A program made the position numbers and the translations under genes. Below are positions 58,241 through 64,000 of a DNA stretch of 64,000 nucleotides, piece after piece. The notes beneath the pieces were generated by a model. The model was not told the DNA's origin. It saw only the letters and a list, made by a program, of their open reading frames with translations, and searched no databases. The stretch is from Alphaproteobacteria bacterium (GTDB taxonomy: Bacteria > Pseudomonadota > Alphaproteobacteria > UBA828). Position 1 is the first letter of the stretch. The number at the start of each line of letters is the position of its first letter. The stretch lies in assembly GCA_963667785.2 (NCBI GenBank), contig CAXXMU010000006.1:576001-640000 (forward strand), given 5' to 3'.

Positions 58241-59608
58241 ATGCGTAGACATATCCGATGCGGCCGGCTGTTCACCGGCACGGGCGACAGCGCGGAGCCC
58301 GACCAGACGGTTGTGATCGAGGGCGAGCGGATCGCCTACGCGGGGCCGAGCGCGGGCGCGCCAGTGGCCGCGCCCGAGGACGAGGTGCTCGATCACTCCG
58401 GCCACTTCGTGATGCCGGGCCTGATCGACGTCCACGTCCACCTCTCCTACGGCAACGCCAAGACCGAGGAGGACATCGACCTCTACGCGCCGGTCGAGTT
58501 CCGCGCGCTCAGGGGGCTAGAGGCGGCGCAGCGGGTGCTGGCGGCCGGCTTCACCTCGATGGCCGATCCCACCACCAGCGGCCGGGTGACGCCCTCGATC
58601 CGCGACGCCATCGACGCCGGCCTCTTCACCGGCCCCCGCATCACCTGCTCCGGCCGCCAGATCACCAACCGCCAGGGGCTCTCGGACTGGTATCCGAGCT
58701 GGATCGGCGTGCCCGAGACTTCCATCGGCGTGCTCGCCCGCGACGCGAACGAGGGGATCGCGGAGATCCGCACCATGGTCAAGGACGGGGTGGACTTCAT
58801 CAAGATCGCCATGGACGGCGATTCGATGAACCCGATGACCAGCGTGCTCGTCGCCGGCTACAACCAGGAAGAGACCACGGCGATGGTCGCCGAGGCCCAC
58901 CGGCTCGGCAAGAAGGTGGTGGTGCATGCGCGCGGCGCCGAGGCCGTGCTCTACTCCGCCCGCGCCGGGGTCGACGTGATCCTGCATGCCGCCTGGATGG
59001 ACGACGAGGGCCTGGAGGCGGTGGTCGAGAACGGCTGCATGATCTGCCCCACCTTCAGCCTGGTGGTGAACGACATCGACTTCACCCGGCCGGGCGACGG
59101 CTGCTATCCGGGCTTCCCCGATGCGCACAAGCGCGAGATCGAAGCTGCCCAGCGCTCCCTCGTGAAGGCGCGGGACGCGGGCGTGACCTTCCTCTCCGGC
59201 ACCGATGGCGGCTTCGCGGTGACGCCTTACGGCGAATGGCACGCCCGCGAGCTGGAGCACATGGTGACCTATCTCGGCATCTCGGCGGCAGACGCGCTCC
59301 GTTGCGCCACGGTCAACAACGGCACCTTCGTGCGCGAGGAAGGCCAGGTGGGCGCGCTGAAGGAGGGCCTGCTCGCCGACGTCCTGGTCTTCGACGGCGA
59401 TCCGCTCGCCGACATCACCCAGCTTCAGGACCGCAGCCGCATCCGCGAGATCATCCTCGGCGGCGAGACCGTGAACCTCGCCATCAACCCGAACGCGCGG
59501 CGGCTGCGCTCCGAGTTCTCGTACGAGATGTGGCACCAGGTCTACACGCAGGAGCGGATCGCCGAGATCGGCATGAACCGCCCGGTCCCGGCCGAGGCCG
59601 CCGAGTAG
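58241..59608 (+). CDS. Metal-dependent amidohydrolase (Xaa-Pro dipeptidase-like subgroup)
   Basis: MPGLIDVHVH, DFIK, VVHARG, ILHA and GTDGG motifs; alternative start at 58229. Confidence 0.9.
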   Translation: MRRHIRCGRLFTGTGDSAEPDQTVVIEGERIAYAGPSAGAPVAAPEDEVLDHSGHFVMPGLIDVHVHLSYGNAKTEEDIDLYAPVEFRALRGLEAAQRVLAAGFTSMADPTTSGRVTPSIRDAIDAGLFTGPRITCSGRQITNRQGLSDWYPSWIGVPETSIGVLARDANEGIAEIRTMVKDGVDFIKIAMDGDSMNPMTSVLVAGYNQEETTAMVAEAHRLGKKVVVHARGAEAVLYSARAGVDVILHAAWMDDEGLEAVVENGCMICPTFSLVVNDIDFTRPGDGCYPGFPDAHKREIEAAQRSLVKARDAGVTFLSGTDGGFAVTPYGEWHARELEHMVTYLGISAADALRCATVNNGTFVREEGQVGALKEGLLADVLVFDGDPLADITQLQDRSRIREIILGGETVNLAINPNARRLRSEFSYEMWHQVYTQERIAEIGMNRPVPAEAAE

Positions 59609-59701
59609 CGCAACCGCGACGGCCTGCCGGCTCGCGACCGAGCGCCGGCGGGCCGCTCGCCTTCCTCCAGCCCGGCGCAGCGAAACGGGGAGCGAGTCGC
59701 C

Positions 59702-60877
59702 ATGCCCGTCATCAACCGCATTGCCGCGATCCACGACGAGATGACGGCGTGGCGGCGCGACATCCACGCCCACCCCGAACTCGGCTTCGAGGAGGAGCGT
59801 ACCGCCGGCGTGGTGGCGGAGAAGCTCGAGTCCTTCGGCATCCAGGTGCATCGCGGGCTGGCGAAGACCGGCGTGGTCGGCGTGCTCGAGGGCGCGCCGG
59901 GGGAGCGCGCCATCGCGCTCCGCGCGGACATGGACGCGCTGCCGATCCTGGAGGGGAACGAGGACGCCGACCACCGCTCCCGCAACGACGGCACCATGCA
60001 CGCCTGCGGCCATGACGGGCACACCACCATGCTGCTGGGGGCCGCCCAATACCTGGCGGAGACCCGCAACTTCGCCGGCACCGTCTATTTCGTCTTCCAG
60101 CCGGCGGAGGAGGGGCTCGGCGGCGGCGAGGCCATGGTGAACGAGGGGCTGTTCGAGCGGTTCCCGGCCGAGGCGGTCTACGGCATGCACAACTGGCCGG
60201 GCCTGCCGGCGGGCGAGATCGCCGTCCGCACCGGGCCGATGATGGCGGCCTGCGACGAGTTCACCATCACCGTCGAGGGCACCGGCGCCCACGGCGCGAT
60301 GCCGCACCTCGGCCTCGACCCCATCGTGGCGGCGGCGCAGATCGTGACCGCGCTGCAGTCCATCGTGGCCCGCAACGTCGACCCGCTGGAGGCGGGCGTC
60401 GTCAGCGTGACCAAAATCCACGGCGGCGATGCCTTCAACGTCATCCCCCAGGCGGTCGAGCTCGCCGGCACCGTGCGCACCTTCAAGCCCGCGGTGAGGG
60501 ACCTGATCGCGGGCGGCATCCAGCGGATCGCGGAGAGCACGGCGGCGGCGCTCGGCGCGACGGCAACGGTGAACCTGGAGGGCCGCTTCCCCGCCACGGT
60601 CAACACGGCGGACGAGACCGACCGCGCCGAGGCCGCGGCGGCCGCGGTGGTGGGTGCTGCGAACGTGCACCGCGACCTCGCGCCCTGCATGGGCTCCGAG
60701 GACTTCGCCTACATGCTCCATGCCCGGCCCGGCAGCTACATCTGGATCGGCAACGGGCTGGGCGCCGGCGGCTGCTTCCTCCACAACCCCGGCTACGACT
60801 TCAACGACGAGATCCTGCCCATCGGCGCGAGCTACTGGGCGACGCTGGTGGAACGCGAGCTGGCGAAGGGGGGCTGA
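59702..60877 (+). CDS. M20 aminoacylase/hippurate hydrolase family
   Basis: HAHPELGFEE, LRADMDALP, MHACGHDGH, FQPAEEG, GMHNWP and GSEDF motifs. Confidence 0.94.
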   Translation: MPVINRIAAIHDEMTAWRRDIHAHPELGFEEERTAGVVAEKLESFGIQVHRGLAKTGVVGVLEGAPGERAIALRADMDALPILEGNEDADHRSRNDGTMHACGHDGHTTMLLGAAQYLAETRNFAGTVYFVFQPAEEGLGGGEAMVNEGLFERFPAEAVYGMHNWPGLPAGEIAVRTGPMMAACDEFTITVEGTGAHGAMPHLGLDPIVAAAQIVTALQSIVARNVDPLEAGVVSVTKIHGGDAFNVIPQAVELAGTVRTFKPAVRDLIAGGIQRIAESTAAALGATATVNLEGRFPATVNTADETDRAEAAAAAVVGAANVHRDLAPCMGSEDFAYMLHARPGSYIWIGNGLGAGGCFLHNPGYDFNDEILPIGASYWATLVERELAKGG

Positions 60878-60909
60878 GGCCGGCCCGCTCGGCGACCGGG
60901 GAGACCACG

Positions 60910-61617
60910 ATGACCACGTCGGTCTTGCGGTTGTGCAGCGCCGCAGTGTTCTCGTTCCTGGCGATCGGGAGCGCTGAGGTCGGCGCCGAGGATCCGGACG
61001 CGCTCACGGTTGCCACTCTTCAAGGTGCCTACGATCTGAATATGGACGCCATGCGGGTCGACCCGGCCGGTGGTCATGGCTTCAGCATGGTCTCGGAAGC
61101 GCTCCGGATCGAGGCCGACACCCTGACGTTCGCACCGACATTCAAGGGAACGGGACGCTTCGCGCTCGCCGGGAATACGCTCACCGTCACCGACAGCATC
61201 GGCAATAAGGATGTGGTGCAGGCGACCTTGAGCGACACCGGGAACAGGCTGACGCTCGTCGATCGAATCGGGATGGGCGTCGAGACCTTCGTGTTCACGA
61301 GACGGGACGGGAGCGGCGGGTCCGACGAGGTGACCGAGGCCAATCTGCAGGGAACGTATGACCTGGACGCGACCGGCACCACGGCCGGGACTCTCGTCTT
61401 TCTCGTCTCGGGCGAGCTCCAGATCGCCGGGAATATCGTGACCACGTCGCTGACCTTCTCTCAAACCAGGTCGTTCACGCTTGCCGGCCATACCATCACT
61501 CTCGCCGAAGCGGATGGGACTACGACCGTCCTCCGAGCCAGCTTGAGCGACGACGGCGACATGCTCACGCTGACCTTCGTCGAGGATCGCGACACGTTCG
61601 TCTACGAGAGACGTTAG
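60910..61617 (+). CDS. Exported hypothetical protein with two tandem beta-rich repeats
   Basis: Signal peptide; LQGAYDL...FALAGNTLT...ATLSD...TFVFTRR recurs as LQGTYDL...FTLAGHTIT...ASLSD...TFVYERR. Confidence 0.78.
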   Translation: MTTSVLRLCSAAVFSFLAIGSAEVGAEDPDALTVATLQGAYDLNMDAMRVDPAGGHGFSMVSEALRIEADTLTFAPTFKGTGRFALAGNTLTVTDSIGNKDVVQATLSDTGNRLTLVDRIGMGVETFVFTRRDGSGGSDEVTEANLQGTYDLDATGTTAGTLVFLVSGELQIAGNIVTTSLTFSQTRSFTLAGHTITLAEADGTTTVLRASLSDDGDMLTLTFVEDRDTFVYERR

Positions 61618-61730
61618 AGCACGATCCGATTCTCCCCCTCCTCCCCGCTGCGGCGGCGGGGCGCGTCTCAGAGGGCGGGAAAGGCGCCCCGCGCCCCAAG
61701 TGACACACCCCCCGATTTAATTTTTTGGGC

Positions 61731-61765
61731 GGCACAAGCCGGCACAAAGCGGCACGAAGTGGCAC
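61731..61765 (+). repeat. GGCAC x4 at exact 10-bp period
   Basis: GGCAC at 61731, 61741, 61751 and 61761. Confidence 0.85.
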
Positions 61766-61822
61766 GGCGGGGGTCGAACGGCGCTGGTGCGGGGCGCGCG
61801 CGGCGGACCCGGAGGCGGGGCG

Positions 61823-61923
61823 AAAGTGGGATTCGCCAAGGGGGGGCATGCGGGATTTCGTGGGATAGCGAGGGATTCCGGCGGGACAGACGGCCTCCAT
61901 ATCCCACTTTGAATCCCACTTGA
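61823..61923. repeat. GGGAT 10-bp-period array plus ATCCCACTT(T)GA tandem repeat and one inverted copy
   Basis: GGGAT at 61852, 61862 and 61872; ATCCCACTTTGA at 61901-61912 and ATCCCACTTGA at 61913-61923; AAAGTGGGAT at 61823-61832. Confidence 0.85.
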
Positions 61924-62004
61924 GCACCGGCTCCCCTGCCGCGCCACGCTCCTTCCCGCTCGTCCCCGCTCTCGCACATCATGCCGCCACCCTCGCACGA
62001 CCGC

Positions 62005-62042
62005 CCCGCGCCGTGCACCGCACCATGGTGCGGGGTACCCGG
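62005..62042 (-). repeat. 38-bp dispersed leader element, copy B
   Basis: Reverse complement CCGGGTACCCCGCACCATGGTGCGGTGCACGGCGCGGG; 33/38 identical to 15833-15870. Confidence 0.8.
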
Positions 62043-62144
62043 CGCGCGCCGGGCGGCGCCGCTCCCTTGCCGCACCAAAGGTCACCCGGAGTGCATCGCA
62101 CATATCGTTTCCGGCATATCGAGCCGACAGGGAGAGATGGACCG

Positions 62145-62831
62145 ATGAAACCCGCGATCGGCATTGTTGCAGCCGCTTCACTCGCGCTTGTCGTGGCCGC
62201 CTGCGGCGGCGGGTCGAGCATGGTGGAGGAGAAATGCGGCGATCTCATCGACAAGGGCACGGCCGCCGTGGAGCGTGTGCTGGCCGGCAAGCCGGTCGGC
62301 ACCTATTCCGGCCGGGGGACCGTCGAGACCGGCGGCACCTACATGTCTGGCCCGGTGATGCAGTATGCCGTCCGTGACGACGGCTCCGCCATCATCGGCT
62401 CGGTGATCGACTACCAATACAGGGGCGAGCTGAGGAAGGGCGTGCCGAACGGGGTGGGCGTCGCCGCCTATTCCTGCGATTTCCCCTGCCAGTATGCGGG
62501 CGAGTGGCGCAACGGCACCAAGCACGGCCGGGGCATCATGCGGCTCGACGATGCCTGCTACGCCGGCGAGTGGGTCTATGACGAGCCCCACGGCGAGGGC
62601 ACGCGCTACGACGTGCACGTCTACCACGGCCTCGGCACGACGACCGGCACCTTCCGCGACGGCCGCTCCTGGAGCACCGACCACTACAACGACGACGAGC
62701 TGGTCGGCCGCACACGCAACGGCGACTACGCGATGGCCGACGAATACCTCGCAAACAAGGACGCGCGGACCGAGCGCCTCCAGCGACAGACCCTCTCGAT
62801 CCTCAACGCCGTCATGGAGCACATGGAGTAG
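62145..62831 (+). CDS. Lipoprotein with MORN-like repeats
   Basis: Lipobox VAAC; YRGELRKGVPNGVG, YAGEWRNGTKHGRG and YAGEWVYDEPHGEG repeats. Confidence 0.85.
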   Translation: MKPAIGIVAAASLALVVAACGGGSSMVEEKCGDLIDKGTAAVERVLAGKPVGTYSGRGTVETGGTYMSGPVMQYAVRDDGSAIIGSVIDYQYRGELRKGVPNGVGVAAYSCDFPCQYAGEWRNGTKHGRGIMRLDDACYAGEWVYDEPHGEGTRYDVHVYHGLGTTTGTFRDGRSWSTDHYNDDELVGRTRNGDYAMADEYLANKDARTERLQRQTLSILNAVMEHME

Positions 62832-62982
62832 GTCCCGCGTGCCCATGGCCGCACAAATGGCGACCATCCGCGAAGGCCACTGAGATTGACAGGTTGACGG
62901 TGCTCTCCCAGCAAGATGGTCTAAACTTGGAGCGGCGGATCTCTAGTTGTCCTGCTTTAGGCAATTTCTTCGAGAGCAAGCT

Positions 62983-63432
62983 ATGTATGACGTTTCAGCA
63001 CTTAAGACACCGGAAGACTGCCGAGTCGTCATGGAGCGAGCCCGCGAGAAGGGCCGTGATGACATTTATAAGAACGTCTTTCGACGTTACTGCGCGCTTG
63101 TCGGCAATGAACATGACGACCCCAGCGACCCGCTCATAGGAGAATTCTACGAGACACTGGCGGCTTATGAGCAGCTATTAACCGAGAGGAATAGCCGCAA
63201 CACAATAGCAGCCAGGACGCGACAAAAGATTCGGAACAAAGGAGTGTATCAATCACTTATCGAATGGACACGAGGGAAGACTGAAACAAATGGATTCAAG
63301 CTCCTCGTCGAAAATGGGTTGCCCGAATACACGGGAGAGTATCTCGTTATGCGACACGCGCAACGATTTCCATCGGATGTAGTTGATCTCGCAGTGAGCA
63401 GGCTCAAGAAACACGGCATTGCAACTGGATAA
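62983..63432 (+). CDS. Hypothetical helical protein, AT-richer accessory gene
   Basis: Clean ORF in low-GC DNA; RTRQKI...GFKLLVENGLPEYTGEYLV...F. Confidence 0.75.
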   Translation: MYDVSALKTPEDCRVVMERAREKGRDDIYKNVFRRYCALVGNEHDDPSDPLIGEFYETLAAYEQLLTERNSRNTIAARTRQKIRNKGVYQSLIEWTRGKTETNGFKLLVENGLPEYTGEYLVMRHAQRFPSDVVDLAVSRLKKHGIATG

Positions 63433-63440
63433 CCTTCTAA

Positions 63441-63998
63441 CTAAGTCGAAATTTCACTTCTCTGCTCTTCTTTCTCGTCGGATATCTGCTTAAGGGCCGC
63501 AAGCCTCTGGCTCCTGCTTTCCCGCTGCACATACCATTCATAGAACAACAGCTCAATCAATTCGATTAGCTTCTGTGCCTCATGGGGTTCAACGTTGATG
63601 ATCAAGTTGACGTCTTTTTCCATGTGTGCGCCATACTTTCCGATCTTGCGCACATGATCTATAGCCTCAACAGTGTCGTGATTGACGTGTCTTATACCAT
63701 CCCCGTGGTTAACTGCTTTTCTCAAAGTCTCTATTTCGGCGAATAGCGAGTCACCCGCGATGCCACAGAAGTCTCTGATCATCCCCTGGAGACATCGACG
63801 AGATAATGTTGCGCTCGCCTTCGGGCTCAAGTCGCAAATTCGACAAGCCTCCACATAGTCCTCAACAATTGGTTTCGGTATATAGTCTGGTTGAGGTTTT
63901 GCACCAGACTCAGGCAGCAGTGGCCAGAGCTTGATAGTTTTGGGGCCGGCAAAGTAACCTCCATGTCTGTCTATCAGGGCATTGCACAAAATAAACTT
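63441..63998 (-). CDS. DUF4145-type (HEPN-like) domain protein, 5'-truncated by window edge
   Basis: IPKPIVEDYVEA, SPKASATLSRRCLQGMIRD and VRKIGKYGAH (Rx4-6H-like) motifs; low GC. Confidence 0.82.
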   Translation of the reverse strand, partial: KFILCNALIDRHGGYFAGPKTIKLWPLLPESGAKPQPDYIPKPIVEDYVEACRICDLSPKASATLSRRCLQGMIRDFCGIAGDSLFAEIETLRKAVNHGDGIRHVNHDTVEAIDHVRKIGKYGAHMEKDVNLIINVEPHEAQKLIELIELLFYEWYVQRESRSQRLAALKQISDEKEEQRSEIST

Positions 63999-64000
63999 GA

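Noticed and set aside
54722-58441. 1413-aa minus-strand ORF (54200..58441)
   Set aside because: Antisense shadow of the GcvT-family and hydrolase genes in high-GC DNA; only the last ~173 codons encode a real protein.
61671-61727. Resemblance to a phage cos/packaging region
   Set aside because: Only a vague impression; no HNH, terminase or portal genes are adjacent.
61731-61923. Possible CRISPR array
   Set aside because: Repeats are 5-12 bp at a 10-12-bp period, with no 25-40-bp repeat/spacer structure and no cas genes.
61565-62181. Minus-strand ORFs across the repeat block
   Set aside because: Low-complexity translations of DNA repeats with no recognisable domain; treated as non-coding or degenerate.

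Overview
A very GC-rich (visually about 70%) alphaproteobacterial chromosome segment, probably Rhodospirillales-like given rsmB-rpe-heparinase II/III synteny, CIRCE-controlled groESL and RIME-like repeats. It holds about 60 genes, mostly housekeeping, transport and catabolism. These include rsmB, rpe, a cold-shock protein, a translationally coupled Nudix-MFP-RND-endonuclease V operon and an orphan AcoX-like kinase. Also present are a divergent Amt with a small membrane partner, a CUT1 ABC transporter with an intradiol dioxygenase, an XDH-family Mo enzyme with MoaD, and acs followed by an oxalate-CoA ligase-like and PanE2-like pair. gmhBA, groESL and a large amidase/SDR/amidohydrolase cluster complete the core. 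AT-richer accessory inserts are a solo PIN gene (~36.9-38.0 kb) and the right end (MORN lipoprotein, unknown gene, DUF4145-like gene). The most striking unexplained signal is a 38-bp element present twice, in inverted orientation and 46 kb apart (33/38 identical). Each copy lies 50 nt upstream of an AAGGAGC..GTG start. One copy leads an STGPKT-motif gene; the other leads into 10-bp-periodic pentamer arrays. No tRNA, rRNA, CRISPR array, transposase or integrase was seen, and no recognisable transcription-factor gene. All family assignments come from motif recognition by eye, not database searches.
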